From positions 1-64,000 of the IMG/VR virus record IMGVR_UViG_3300020048_003770: a stretch of DNA of 64,000 nucleotides; one strand, written 5' to 3'. Positions 1 through 9,598 of this stretch are shown here, one piece after another; the stretch's first letter is position 1, and every line of letters starts with the position of its first letter. The translations under genes were made by a program, and so were the position numbers. Under the pieces are notes generated by a model that saw only the letters and a list, made by a program, of their open reading frames with translations, did not search any database and was not told where the DNA came from. This stretch comes from a virus.

Positions 1-116
1 TCCCTGATGCCCTGCAAGCTTAGATTTCATGTTTTTCATGATTTCAAGCAACTATCAGGGCGGTCTCATAAGCCGCTGCGTAAGCCTAGGGAGTTCGAAT
101 CTCCCTCCCGCCACCA
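1..116 (+). tRNA. 3' part of an atypical tRNA, probably CAT anticodon (Met/Ile2), with a large hairpin insertion; 5' end outside window
   Basis: T arm GGGAG-TTCGAAT-CTCCC, acceptor strand TCCCGCC-A-CCA, arm GCGGT-CTCATA-GCCGC, extra hairpin CCCTGAT...ATCAGGG. Confidence 0.5.
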
Positions 117-126
117 TTTTTCTATA

Positions 127-203
127 GGGAGTGTAGTGTAGCGACCTAACACGTCTGCCTGTCGAGCAGAAAATCGCCAGTTTGAATCTGGTCACTCCCG
201 CCA
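127..203 (+). tRNA. tRNA-Asp(GTC)
   Basis: Acceptor GGGAGTG/CACTCCC, anticodon arm TCTGC-CTGTCGA-GCAGA, encoded CCA. Confidence 0.9.
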
Positions 204-209
204 TTTAAT

Positions 210-289
210 ACAGGAGTATAACCTCTCTCTACGAAAGAGTTGAAAGTTTAATTGGATACATGCGGGTTCAAATCCTGTCTCCTGTACCA
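210..289 (+). tRNA. Non-canonical tRNA-like gene, probable anticodon ACG (Arg), anticodon hairpin nested in D arm
   Basis: Acceptor ACAGGAG/CTCCTGT-A-CCA, T arm GCGGG-TTCAAAT-CCTGT, hairpin CTCT-CTACGAA-AGAG precedes D-loop-like TAATTGG. Confidence 0.6.
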
Positions 290-302
290 TATTTAAAAAG
301 AA

Positions 303-381
303 AGGGTGTTGGCACAGCGGCGACTGCACCGATCTCCAAAATCGGTATTCATCGGGGGTTCGAGTCCCTCACACCCTGCCA
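303..381 (+). tRNA. tRNA-Trp(CCA)
   Basis: Acceptor AGGGTGT/ACACCCT, anticodon arm CCGAT-CTCCAAA-ATCGG, CCA end. Confidence 0.9.
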
Positions 382-389
382 TAATTTAC

Positions 390-461
390 AGTCGCGTGGT
401 CTAAAGGAGGGGCGCAAATTTCCTAAATTTGTTAATGCAGGTTCGAATCCTGTCGCGGCTA
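390..461 (+). tRNA. tRNA-Arg(CCT)
   Basis: Acceptor AGTCGCG/CGCGGCT, anticodon arm CAAAT-TTCCTAA-ATTTG, T loop TTCGAAT; no encoded CCA. Confidence 0.75.
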
Positions 462-483
462 AAGTCTTTCTAAAAATATTTTC

Positions 484-511
484 TTGATTTATCTATTCGG
501 GAAAGTATAAT
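484..511 (+). promoter_or_regulatory. Sigma70-like promoter (recurrent TCTTGA-N17-19-TATAAT family)
   Basis: TTGATT...TATAAT; same motif at about 2203, 7700, 18667, 20032, 46530, 49328, 53985, 54216, 55064, 61608, 63676. Confidence 0.7.
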
Positions 512-556
512 ATACCCATAGATTGAAAAATAACGTAACAAAGAAAGAGAAAAACC

Positions 557-868
557 ATGATGACAACAATTGCAAGATTTACTCCTAGACCAGCCGACGA
601 CACTAATACAACATGCGATTTGATTTTAGGAAAAGTGCTTAATCAAAGTAAAATGATAAAGCCGAACCATGTCTATGAAATAATTGATTGTTTGGGTCAA
701 CTTATGATTAAAGATTTAGGCGAATCGTCTATGGGGATGGTTCCTAGAGATAGCATGCTTTCAAATGTTGGATGGGCACAAGAATGTGGCGATATTGTAA
801 ATGATGGATCTCATTTATATACTAAAAGGGACGCAGAAAAGTTTATTGAACAACGAAAGACAAATTAG
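557..868 (+). CDS. hypothetical protein
   Basis: 103-aa ORF downstream of promoter. Confidence 0.6.
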   Translation: MMTTIARFTPRPADDTNTTCDLILGKVLNQSKMIKPNHVYEIIDCLGQLMIKDLGESSMGMVPRDSMLSNVGWAQECGDIVNDGSHLYTKRDAEKFIEQRKTN

Positions 869-965
869 TAAAATGGACATTACATTAGAAAAGACGATAA
901 TTCAGACAGACGAACCAAAAAGAATGGACTTTGGCAAAATACCAATATGTTCAATTTTGACAACG

Positions 966-2331
966 GTCAACTACCCAATGACTAAAGATCATTGGGCTTG
1001 TAAATGAGTTTCCTCTTTACATTTGGCGTGTTGACGGGACGCCTGCTCTATAGACTCTAATTGAGCAATAGAGATAGTGTAATCACGCTTTATATTTATT
1101 GATGCATTTATATCTGCATGTTCAATATAACCGCAATTCTTACATTTGTATTGTGATTTATTCCTACTCGCCTTGTTTGTATCTCCACAACTACTGCACT
1201 TTTGAGAAGTATAATGAGGATCTATATATACTACTTGCTTACCAAGTGCGTTAGCTTTGTAAGTTAAAAACTGTTCAAATTGGTAAAAACTCCAATTTGA
1301 TAATAACTTATTTAACTTTTTTCCTTTTTTCTTGCTTCTTATATTTGTTAATTTCTCAAGAACAAATACTTTATGTTGTGGATTATTTGCTATCTGTTTT
1401 GTTATACAGTGATTGACATCCTTCATGAACCTCTTCTCTTTCCCACTAATCTTCTTTAATTTTCTTTTAGCGGATTGAGTGCTTTTTTGTTGGAGTGTCT
1501 TTTTGACGTAAAGGTGTTTTCTTCTCTGATTTCTTATTGATTGGGCAGAGAAAAATTGATTATCTGAAGTAACGGCAATATGATATAATCCTCTGTCAAT
1601 CCCAACAATATCTTTAGAAGATGTTGGGATTTGCGTAGTTACTTCTATTGGATTCTGAAATACTAAATTAATCCAAAATTGATTTTTCTTTTTCTGATAA
1701 GTAAGAGTTGCCATCTTGAAGTTCCAACTCTCAAATATTTTTTTATGTATTTCTGGAACATACAATATCTCTTTATGGCGTTTTGATATTCCAATAATTG
1801 TTACCTGAGTTCCTCTAACAGTGATAGCTCTTTTGTCCAGTCTAAGTCCTGACGTTTCTTTTTTAATTGGTTGTTTACATTTGAACTTTCTTGATTTCAC
1901 TGATTCCAAAGCATTATCTCTGATTGATTGGATTAAAGCCGTTTTTATGTTTGGGAATAGTTCTTGAACCTTGAAATAGTTATCTTTGTGGCATTTACCT
2001 TTATTAAAAGACTTGACTTCGTAAGCCCATTTCGTATAATAGTTGAAAAGTTGAGAAGACTCTTTAAGAAGTTGTAGATATTCTTCTTTATCTAGTTCGT
2101 TCAACTTAATTGAAATTGTTTTCATTTCAGGTTTCATATTAATATAGTTCTAGAATTTTTCTAAATATCCTGCAAGAAAATTAGAAAAAGTCAAAATAGT
2201 TCTTGATTAATGTCAGTTTTTATATATAATATAGGAAATTAAGGATAAATGGATCACTTGCATCACGCCGTTAGCGAAGCATAGCTGAAGCTAACTTCGT
2301 GACACTAAAGATGTCGGGATTTTACGTTCCC
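966..2331 (-). mobile_element. IS200/IS605-family TnpB-only element
   Basis: Right-end hairpin CCCAATG-ACTAAAGAT-CATTGGG next to GTCAAC at 966; similar hairpin GAC-ACTAAAGAT-GTC near 2302 as probable left end; no tnpA; left boundary approximate. Confidence 0.65.
989..2137 (-). CDS. tnpB: TnpB RNA-guided endonuclease
   Basis: RuvC motifs GIDRG, FVLEKL, HADINASINI; Zn ribbon CSSCG...CKNCG. Confidence 0.93.
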   Translation of the reverse strand: MKPEMKTISIKLNELDKEEYLQLLKESSQLFNYYTKWAYEVKSFNKGKCHKDNYFKVQELFPNIKTALIQSIRDNALESVKSRKFKCKQPIKKETSGLRLDKRAITVRGTQVTIIGISKRHKEILYVPEIHKKIFESWNFKMATLTYQKKKNQFWINLVFQNPIEVTTQIPTSSKDIVGIDRGLYHIAVTSDNQFFSAQSIRNQRRKHLYVKKTLQQKSTQSAKRKLKKISGKEKRFMKDVNHCITKQIANNPQHKVFVLEKLTNIRSKKKGKKLNKLLSNWSFYQFEQFLTYKANALGKQVVYIDPHYTSQKCSSCGDTNKASRNKSQYKCKNCGYIEHADINASINIKRDYTISIAQLESIEQASRQHAKCKEETHLQAQ

Positions 2332-2362
2332 ATAATAAATAAATTTAAAAGGATTGTGAATT

Positions 2363-2869
2363 ATGTTAAACGAAATTAGATACGAAACATTTCAAAAAGA
2401 TATAGATTATTGTATCCCTTCTATCTTTTTAGCTGGTTGCACAGTTCGTGGAAATCAACCCCATTTGACTTCTTGGAGAAAGGAAGCAATTCAATTATTT
2501 AAAGATTATGGATTTGAAGGTAATTTAATTATACCTGAATTTTCTGATCCAACAGAATCCGATGAAGTCAGATATGATATTCCGGCATGGGAGTTCGAAG
2601 GTCTTAGAAAATCAACTGTTATTATGTTTTGGATTCCAAGAACACGCGAATTAATTGGTCTTACTACAAACTTTGAAATTGGTTATTGGATGGCAAGAGA
2701 TAGAGAGAGAATCGTCTATGGAAGACCTAGAGACGCTTTTAGAATGCAATATATCGATATCATGTGGGTTGAAGACTACAAAAATAGGTATGATAAGAAT
2801 CACGGTGCTCATATCTATACAACGTTAGAGAAAACAGTTAAGAAATCAATTGATAAAGTATATGCATAA
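2363..2869 (+). CDS. Nucleoside 2-deoxyribosyltransferase-like protein
   Basis: SIFLAG, WR, WEFEGL, IMFWIPR, TTNFEIG motifs. Confidence 0.75.
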   Translation: MLNEIRYETFQKDIDYCIPSIFLAGCTVRGNQPHLTSWRKEAIQLFKDYGFEGNLIIPEFSDPTESDEVRYDIPAWEFEGLRKSTVIMFWIPRTRELIGLTTNFEIGYWMARDRERIVYGRPRDAFRMQYIDIMWVEDYKNRYDKNHGAHIYTTLEKTVKKSIDKVYA

Positions 2870-4070
2870 TAAAATAAAAGTCAAAAGAGAAGATTATGTT
2901 TCTACTATAGATGGGAAAACGAATTATTTTTCCACAATAACCCTTCCTGATACAATTGTTGAAGGAGGTAGGTCTATAGTATTTAAAAAACCTCTTTCCC
3001 TCAAATGTCATTATATTGGATCTGAAGACTATGGTTATAAAGTGGCAGTATTTACATTCGACTTCGGACTAGAACACATTACTCCATTAGAAAAAGAACA
3101 CAATTTCATATTAATGCGGTCAGATGATAAAACGGATGAAGAAAAAATAGCTTTTGATGTTATTTTTGATTTGTTTCATGCTTTCTTCCACTGTTCTGTA
3201 GATCCAAACTATACTGATTACCATTGGGCGCTTTATGGCAATCTAAAAGATAGAGTTATAATAAAAGACGAAGAAGACCGAGACAATATTCCAAAACAAA
3301 TAGATTTAAATAAGATATATTGCGAAAATTGTCTTACTACAATGGATAGAATGAATGATGGATTTGTTGATTTGACAGTAACATCGCCACCATACGATAA
3401 TTTACGAGATTATAATGGGTATTCATTTGAGTTTGAAAAGGTTGCTAATGAGCTTTATAGAGTAACCAAAGAAGGTGGAGTTGTCGTATGGGTTGTGGCT
3501 GATGCAACAATTGATGGAAGCGAATCAGGGACAAGTTTTAAACAAGCTTTGTATTTCCAATCAATAGGATTCAATCTTCATGATACAATGATATATTTGA
3601 AAGATAATCCGCCTCCTGTTGGTGGTAGTAACAGATACTATCAGCATTTTGAATATATGTTTGTTTTTTCAAAAGGTAAACCAAAAACATTCAATCCTAT
3701 AATGACGCAACGAAGAAATAAATGGAATGATAAAAGGACAGAAAGGGTCAAGGGATTCAACCGGAATAAGCAGGGAGAATTTACACAGAAAAAAGTTTCC
3801 TTGACAGGCGATGTAAAAATTGGTAATGTATGGAAGTATGTTGTAGGAGGAGGTAATTCTGTTCCTTATGGAGTTAAGAATCCTGCGGCATTTCCAGAAA
3901 AACTAGCAGAAGACAACATTCTTTCATGGAGCAACAAAGGAGATATAGTTTATGATCCATTTTTAGGAAGTGGAACAACTGCTAAAATGGCGAAAGTACA
4001 TGAGAGAAATTATATCGGAAGTGAAATATCAGAAGAATATGTTAATAGTGCAATTGAAAGGGTAAAATGA
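2862..4070 (+). CDS. DNA N4-C/N6-A methyltransferase (beta class) with extra N-terminal domain
   Basis: VTSPPY catalytic motif, PAAFP, DPFLGSGTT SAM motif. Confidence 0.88.
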   Translation: MHNKIKVKREDYVSTIDGKTNYFSTITLPDTIVEGGRSIVFKKPLSLKCHYIGSEDYGYKVAVFTFDFGLEHITPLEKEHNFILMRSDDKTDEEKIAFDVIFDLFHAFFHCSVDPNYTDYHWALYGNLKDRVIIKDEEDRDNIPKQIDLNKIYCENCLTTMDRMNDGFVDLTVTSPPYDNLRDYNGYSFEFEKVANELYRVTKEGGVVVWVVADATIDGSESGTSFKQALYFQSIGFNLHDTMIYLKDNPPPVGGSNRYYQHFEYMFVFSKGKPKTFNPIMTQRRNKWNDKRTERVKGFNRNKQGEFTQKKVSLTGDVKIGNVWKYVVGGGNSVPYGVKNPAAFPEKLAEDNILSWSNKGDIVYDPFLGSGTTAKMAKVHERNYIGSEISEEYVNSAIERVK

Positions 4071-4861
4071 CAACTAAAGATCAAGAAAAACGAATAAAAG
4101 CAATAAACGCATTACAGTTCCTGCAAAATCATCCTGCAATCAGTACTGAAGCTACAGGAAATACTCTTTTTGACGGGGCTTGGATGTATATGGCGAAATG
4201 TTGCAAAAGAGGAATTTGCGAAAGTGCTAAAAACATGCTGACCGTATATCGTGGAGATAAAAACTGGGAAAATGTAAAATACAAATTCGATAAATTAGAA
4301 AAAAAATACGCTAAAGAAAATGATATTCCAAAAGAATTTCATAGCGTATATGTTAAATATTCCGAACTATATAAAGAACCATGGAAGTTTGACCATGTTG
4401 AATATTGGTACGAAACTACATTTTATATATACGAAGGGAATCCATATGATAGGATGGAGTGTCTTGATTATAAAAAATGGGATGGCTTTTCAGGACCAGA
4501 AGGCGGAGCCAATACTTTTGAAGATATGATTATTGAACAAGCGTCAAAAGTAAAGAAGATTTATGGCAATTTCAATAAAGAAAAAGATTTCAGGTTAGAT
4601 GCGGAAATAAAAAACAATAAAGAAAATGAAATGTTTCATAAATTTGACACTGAAAAAGGTAGACTTTGTTTAGATAGAAATCCTGAATATCTAGACGTTA
4701 CTATTGGCATGATAAATCTTAGATGGTGGCAATGGTTTGTACACACAGATTATTGCAAAGAACATTGGGGCGATTCAATAGAGAGAATTAATAAAATAAT
4801 TAAACGAATGGACGATAAGATGCCTAAAAAAAGAAAAGAATTAATTGAAAAATATTCTTAA
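4067..4861 (+). CDS. hypothetical protein
   Basis: 264-aa ORF overlapping previous stop. Confidence 0.65.
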   Translation: MTTKDQEKRIKAINALQFLQNHPAISTEATGNTLFDGAWMYMAKCCKRGICESAKNMLTVYRGDKNWENVKYKFDKLEKKYAKENDIPKEFHSVYVKYSELYKEPWKFDHVEYWYETTFYIYEGNPYDRMECLDYKKWDGFSGPEGGANTFEDMIIEQASKVKKIYGNFNKEKDFRLDAEIKNNKENEMFHKFDTEKGRLCLDRNPEYLDVTIGMINLRWWQWFVHTDYCKEHWGDSIERINKIIKRMDDKMPKKRKELIEKYS

Positions 4862-4870
4862 AGGAGTACA

Positions 4871-5227
4871 ATGGAAGAACAATGTAGTGATATTTTTATG
4901 GAAGTGTTTGACTCTCATTGTGGCGGGATATTGCGAGAATGTCATTGCGGTAGAATTACATTTGATAGCACATCTGACTTTGGATGGGAGGCGAATGAAT
5001 TAGAAGATTTGATGCGGAAAAGTACAATCTATCCAGATCAATATATCGCGACTGATTCAACAGTAGGTACGATGATTATAGGCGGCGTTGAAATAGTATA
5101 CGGTTGTAAATGCGAAACAGCGAAAAAGTATGAGAATTTTATCAGAAATGAAGCCGCAAAATTGGCAGAATACTTAAAGAAATACGCACAGTCATTAAGG
5201 GAGAAGGCAGACACGTTTGACATGTAA
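4871..5227 (+). CDS. hypothetical Cys-rich protein
   Basis: AAGGAG RBS, CHCG and CKC motifs. Confidence 0.65.
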   Translation: MEEQCSDIFMEVFDSHCGGILRECHCGRITFDSTSDFGWEANELEDLMRKSTIYPDQYIATDSTVGTMIIGGVEIVYGCKCETAKKYENFIRNEAAKLAEYLKKYAQSLREKADTFDM

Positions 5228-5258
5228 CAAGAAAGTTGGAAAACAATGAAGGAGCAAA

Positions 5259-5846
5259 ATGGAAAGAGCATATTATATCGTTCGGAATAGCAAATTAAGA
5301 GATGACGCAATTAAAATTGATGAACAAAAAAGAAAACGTAAAACCGATAACATGAATAGACTTAAAGAATTATCTATTAAATTCGGATGTGACGAAAAAC
5401 AATATTATTCAAATAGCAATGGCAATATATCTGCATTAATGTTCGCTGATAATTTTAAAGTTAATAAGAATCTTTGGAAACAAGTTGATAACACAAACGG
5501 TTTCATGCCAAAAAGAAATTCCGCCGAAGGAAGAATGTGGTATAAGGAAATCGTCGGGAATGATGTTTCTAAATTGGATACAAATAGTGTAATTCCAAAA
5601 GAAAAATGCTTTGAATGGGTAATTAAAGATATGCACATGTATAGTCCTCATTGTTCTGTCCTGCCATTTAGCGTTTTTGGTAAAGAAGATATAGTCATAT
5701 TGAGCGTTCCATATGACGAATATAAATCTGACGCACCCCAAGGAATTCCAGAGGATATTAATATGAGACTTTCTTCAATTAAAGCACATGAGATGCAAAA
5801 ATTATATGACGAATACAACGAACTGGCAACATCTAAAAAGGATTAA
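5259..5846 (+). CDS. hypothetical protein
   Basis: AAGGAG RBS, 195-aa ORF. Confidence 0.65.
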   Translation: MERAYYIVRNSKLRDDAIKIDEQKRKRKTDNMNRLKELSIKFGCDEKQYYSNSNGNISALMFADNFKVNKNLWKQVDNTNGFMPKRNSAEGRMWYKEIVGNDVSKLDTNSVIPKEKCFEWVIKDMHMYSPHCSVLPFSVFGKEDIVILSVPYDEYKSDAPQGIPEDINMRLSSIKAHEMQKLYDEYNELATSKKD

Positions 5847-5848
5847 CT

Positions 5849-6277
5849 ATGCATCAAGCAAATGAATTAAAGCAATTAGCATTAAAACGACGCGAAGTCA
5901 AAACTTATAGCGATTCTGACATTGGAGAAAGATTAGAATTAGCTATTGCATCGCTAACACATGAATATCGCAATGGACAAGTCAGACGAGCAGTTGATGG
6001 CACAATAATATTACAAGGAGATAGTTATTTTGGCGCTATGGAAATATTAGAGGGGTTTTTGAGTTCTATAACACAATATCCAAACAATATAAATGGCGTA
6101 ACTGCGGGAATGCAATGGTACTGTTTCTTTTGTGGACATCTGGAGCCACACGAAGTGAAAAATGACGAAACATGTAGTTTATGCGGTTCAAGATTGCCAA
6201 AACGTAAAATTGAAGATGGATCACTTGTCGAAAAGCGATGGAACGAGTATAGGGAATTTCAAAAAAACAAAGGATAA
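5849..6277 (+). CDS. hypothetical protein with Zn ribbon
   Basis: CFFC...CSLC. Confidence 0.6.
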   Translation: MHQANELKQLALKRREVKTYSDSDIGERLELAIASLTHEYRNGQVRRAVDGTIILQGDSYFGAMEILEGFLSSITQYPNNINGVTAGMQWYCFFCGHLEPHEVKNDETCSLCGSRLPKRKIEDGSLVEKRWNEYREFQKNKG

Positions 6278-6284
6278 AATTATT

Positions 6285-6914
6285 ATGGAAATTCCAAAAG
6301 AAATAATTGATCCAAAAATATACGATATTGTTTCAACATTCAATAATCTCGGATTAACATCTCAAGCAAGTTGTGCGGGTGTAGGTAAAATAGAAAACAC
6401 AATTAAAAATCATCGAGTTTTTGACTTTCCATATATCGCTTTTAAAATTAAAAACGACGAAGACTTAATGTTAATTAGAAAAATAGGAGCTTTATTTTTA
6501 TTTAATCCATTGTGTGTTGAACTTCCGAAAACAGAAAAAATACAAACCTTTTACATCGATCCAAAAGGAGTTGGATGCAAAGAGCTACAAGTCGAATGGG
6601 GGAATAAATTCTCATTAGTAACATTAATACTTTTTAAACACGAAACTAAAAATGGAATTTCACAATTTATCACGGAAGATAATTATAGCCCATCTCTTTT
6701 TCGGTCTTATTTTGATGTTCCATCTTTTTTTGTAAATTTATTCAAAAAAGATTATAATGGATTCGCTATTCATTTCGGACTGGAGGTTAATCCCTATATG
6801 CATTTTTTATATAGTTTGCCAGAAACAGACAAGAATGAGCTAAATAGACTTATTAGAAAATTAAAATCGAAATGGCTACAGTACGTTAGTGGCAGAATTC
6901 AAGAAATAAATTAA
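6285..6914 (+). CDS. hypothetical protein (N-terminus loosely Tyw3-like)
   Basis: IDPKI..FNNLGL..QASCAG motif; start moved to MEIPKE. Confidence 0.5.
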   Translation: MEIPKEIIDPKIYDIVSTFNNLGLTSQASCAGVGKIENTIKNHRVFDFPYIAFKIKNDEDLMLIRKIGALFLFNPLCVELPKTEKIQTFYIDPKGVGCKELQVEWGNKFSLVTLILFKHETKNGISQFITEDNYSPSLFRSYFDVPSFFVNLFKKDYNGFAIHFGLEVNPYMHFLYSLPETDKNELNRLIRKLKSKWLQYVSGRIQEIN

Positions 6915-6916
6915 AA

Positions 6917-7237
6917 ATGTCGTTATTGTATTGTTTGTTGTGTGGAGAAATCGATATGCCTAAATTTAAAGATAAGACAACAAGGGGATATCATCAACGG
7001 ATAGACGATTACCATGAGCGAGAGAGTCAGATATTCCCCCGAAAAACAAATCATGTATGTTTAAAATGTCGGAAAGCATTTAAGTTGAATGCACATCATG
7101 AAAATCATAAATGCCCTCAATGCACAACATTATTGCATGGTCTTGCTACATGTGCGAGAGTACCTAAAATGAATGCATCTAATGGCAAATGGCAAACATT
7201 CATTAAGAGATTTTTGCCTTGGTTATCTTGGTCGTAA
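6917..7237 (+). CDS. Zn-finger hypothetical protein
   Basis: CLKCRK...CPQC. Confidence 0.55.
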   Translation: MSLLYCLLCGEIDMPKFKDKTTRGYHQRIDDYHERESQIFPRKTNHVCLKCRKAFKLNAHHENHKCPQCTTLLHGLATCARVPKMNASNGKWQTFIKRFLPWLSWS

Positions 7238-7305
7238 CAAACAATTTCAAAAGACAAAGGAAGTAACGTTGCAAAATCCGAATAATATGAATAAGGAGAT
7301 AAAAT

Positions 7306-7686
7306 ATGTATATACAAATGGATAATGGAAACGCAATAAATTTAAAAGCAATTAATAATTCTTGGGAGATGGAAACGAAAGATGAATATTCCGATATCGC
7401 ATCTCAACCGGCACCATCTTTATCTCATAATACAATCTTGACAAAATTAAAAGAAATGTGGGATAAAGGCGATGTTAAAAATCCTGAATTCATGCGATTG
7501 GTTAGAGTATTCGAAACAAGATTTAAACAGGAAATAACAATCGGCATGCTTGATATGATTGGAGATTTGAATGAGGGATTGAACGAAAAAGAAAAAACAG
7601 TTGTGAATTGCCCTTATTGTTTTAAAAACTCTGACAATTGCGAATGTTCTGACGCAGATGTTTCATATGACATTGGGGATAAATAA
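7306..7686 (+). CDS. hypothetical protein
   Basis: AAGGAG RBS, C-terminal CPYC. Confidence 0.6.
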   Translation: MYIQMDNGNAINLKAINNSWEMETKDEYSDIASQPAPSLSHNTILTKLKEMWDKGDVKNPEFMRLVRVFETRFKQEITIGMLDMIGDLNEGLNEKEKTVVNCPYCFKNSDNCECSDADVSYDIGDK

Positions 7687-7796
7687 TTTAATTTACTGCT
7701 TGATTTTAATAAAAATTGTTGTATAATAGAATTACGAAAATTAAATAGAGGAGTTTGGAGAGAATTTTAGAAAATGTCTTTTTAAGGAGTAATCAA

Positions 7797-7889
7797 ATGT
7801 TTTTCATCAATCAACAGAATAATCAACAGAACCAAAATTCTGAGAGCAATCTTGGAATGGTGGTACAGATTATTCTGCTTGCAGTTTAA
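7797..7889 (+). CDS. Asn/Gln-rich attenuator leader peptide MFFINQQNNQQNQNSESNLGMVVQIILLAV
   Basis: AAGGAG RBS; codons 5-14 all Asn/Gln; followed by terminator and tRNA-Asn, -Gln, -Asn. Confidence 0.88.
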   Translation: MFFINQQNNQQNQNSESNLGMVVQIILLAV

Positions 7890-7908
7890 TTCTCATACCT
7901 TCCATCCC

Positions 7909-7945
7909 AAGAGGCTCTCAAATCAACCTGAGAGCCTCTTTTTTT
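7909..7945 (+). terminator. Attenuator terminator 1
   Basis: AAGAGGCTCTCA/TGAGAGCCTCTT plus U tract; 5' arm can instead pair with leader 7841-7860. Confidence 0.9.
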
Positions 7946-7968
7946 GTTCTTTTATATAGTTTTTAAAT

Positions 7969-8042
7969 TCCCATATAGTGTAATGGTAGCACGAAATACT
8001 GTTAATATTTTAGTAATGGTCCGAATCCATTTTTGGGAACTA
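7969..8042 (+). tRNA. tRNA-Asn(GTT)
   Basis: Anticodon arm AAATA-CTGTTAA-TATTT; acceptor TCCCATA/TTTGGGA. Confidence 0.8.
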
Positions 8043-8050
8043 ATTTAAAT

Positions 8051-8124
8051 TGTCTCTTGATGTAAAGGTAGCATTCAGAACTTTGACTTCTGTCGTGAAC
8101 GTTCAAATCGTTCAGAGACAACCA
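8051..8124 (+). tRNA. tRNA-Gln(TTG)
   Basis: Acceptor TGTCTCT/AGAGACA, arm CAGAA-CTTTGAC-TTCTG, CCA. Confidence 0.9.
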
Positions 8125-8142
8125 CTTATGAAAATTTTTAAT

Positions 8143-8217
8143 TCCTTAGTAGCTCAATAGTAGAGCGTCGGTCTGTTACGCCGAGGGTTGTAGGGGCGGA
8201 GCCTACCTAAGGAGCCA
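8143..8217 (+). tRNA. tRNA-Asn(GTT)
   Basis: Acceptor TCCTTAG/CTAAGGA, arm TCGGT-CTGTTAC-GCCGA, CCA; unusual T loop. Confidence 0.85.
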
Positions 8218-8755
8218 TTTTTATTATGATTGACGATTTAGAAAAATGTCCATGTCGTAGATGGGATAAGAGTGGTCAAGCTCCTTATTTGATAGACATG
8301 CCTAAAATAATAGATGACAAAAATAAACCGAACCATAATTTAAAGGTTAATTGTAAATGTTTTTGAATTAGATATCATGTTTACAAACGGATCAACTGCG
8401 GAAAATAAATCGGCTTATGAATTAGATAAGTTAAAGGATAGGTTTGGCGGTTTCGAAGGACAAAATCAAGGTCCGAGTCATACAATGGAAAATCAATGGA
8501 TTCCTAAATTACCTGGACTATTTGCATATCCAGCTCAAGCGAGGAATAAAAATGATAAAACAGATTCAGAGCAAGTTGAATGAAGCCTTACTCAATTTTA
8601 AAATAAAAAGATTGAATAAGGAGTTGAAATCTATTGCAATTGAATTTGTGCAGAATAATAAAGCCATTAAAAAAGCCATCTCTCTTAAAACTCGACAAAA
8701 GGAATTGAAAATCAAATTTGTTGAATTAAAAAGAGAAATCGCTAAATTGGACAAG

Positions 8756-9598
8756 TCATTTATAGATAATTTTATAGAATCCGATATGTCCATTTAGTGG
8801 CAAATTAAAAGAAAAGCGTGTGGTATTTACGACGACATTTGAATAAAGTATTTTAAATTCATCATTTAATGAGTGAGACCTATAAACGTCCATTAGTAAA
8901 TGGTTTGCTGGTGTTGCAGATGTTTCTACGGTTATAGTTAATAGATTATCTAAGCCATTGACCGACATTTTAATTATATTGTTATTGATTTCGGATAAGT
9001 TAAACACGTTAGATAAGTCGAAACTTTGTATATTTAATAAGATTAGTTCTGCCATTTCGGATTGAGACAAGAATAAACGTTGAATGGATGGGTCAGATTC
9101 TGAAATGGTCGTTATATCTTTTTTATAAAAGCTAATGGCAGTATTTATTCCCTTTCTATTTGGCAAGAATGTAGGTGAGCAAGGGATGGCAGGTTGGGTT
9201 AACGGGGTTAGAGGATTTATAAGTGTATTAGTTTCAGTACGGTGAGTATGTTCTATGGTGTTTCCTATGTACCAAGCGTCATAAGAGTTTACGGGGTTTA
9301 ATTTATGACCGAACCATATATAGTTATTCCCATTGATTTGTTTATAGCATTTATGGTTGTTGATGGTATATGGTTGTATTGCATAATAGCCTAATTTATT
9401 GGAGATATCAGAGTCATTTATTGATTTGATAGTTCCGTTATAGAGTTTCCATCGGTCTTGCCATATTTTGATAGATTCATTGAATGTTCCGGAGACAACA
9501 AGATATTCTGATACATTATTAGTAACATCCGTTTGAGCGAAAGTCATTATTTTGAGTAATGGCAGTAATAAGAAGGCTAATATCAACAATTGTTTCAT
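8756..9598 (-). CDS. Secreted hypothetical protein
   Basis: Signal peptide MKQLLILAFLLLPLL; C-terminal GFYKI. Confidence 0.65.
   Translation of the reverse strand: MKQLLILAFLLLPLLKIMTFAQTDVTNNVSEYLVVSGTFNESIKIWQDRWKLYNGTIKSINDSDISNKLGYYAIQPYTINNHKCYKQINGNNYIWFGHKLNPVNSYDAWYIGNTIEHTHRTETNTLINPLTPLTQPAIPCSPTFLPNRKGINTAISFYKKDITTISESDPSIQRLFLSQSEMAELILLNIQSFDLSNVFNLSEINNNIIKMSVNGLDNLLTITVETSATPANHLLMDVYRSHSLNDEFKILYSNVVVNTTRFSFNLPLNGHIGFYKIIYK

Noticed and set aside
1-116. 3' end of tmRNA
   Set aside because: Acceptor lacks the Ala-type G3:U70 strand and a CAT hairpin is present; better read as atypical tRNA.
260-487. 75-aa ORF
   Set aside because: Runs through three tRNA genes; spurious.
935-965. 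Second target for the first TnpB guide
   Set aside because: No match noticed by eye; flank looks like the interrupted gene itself.
7797-7945. T-box riboswitch explanation for terminators before tRNAs
   Set aside because: No T-box consensus; antiterminator strand lies within a short ORF with biased codons.
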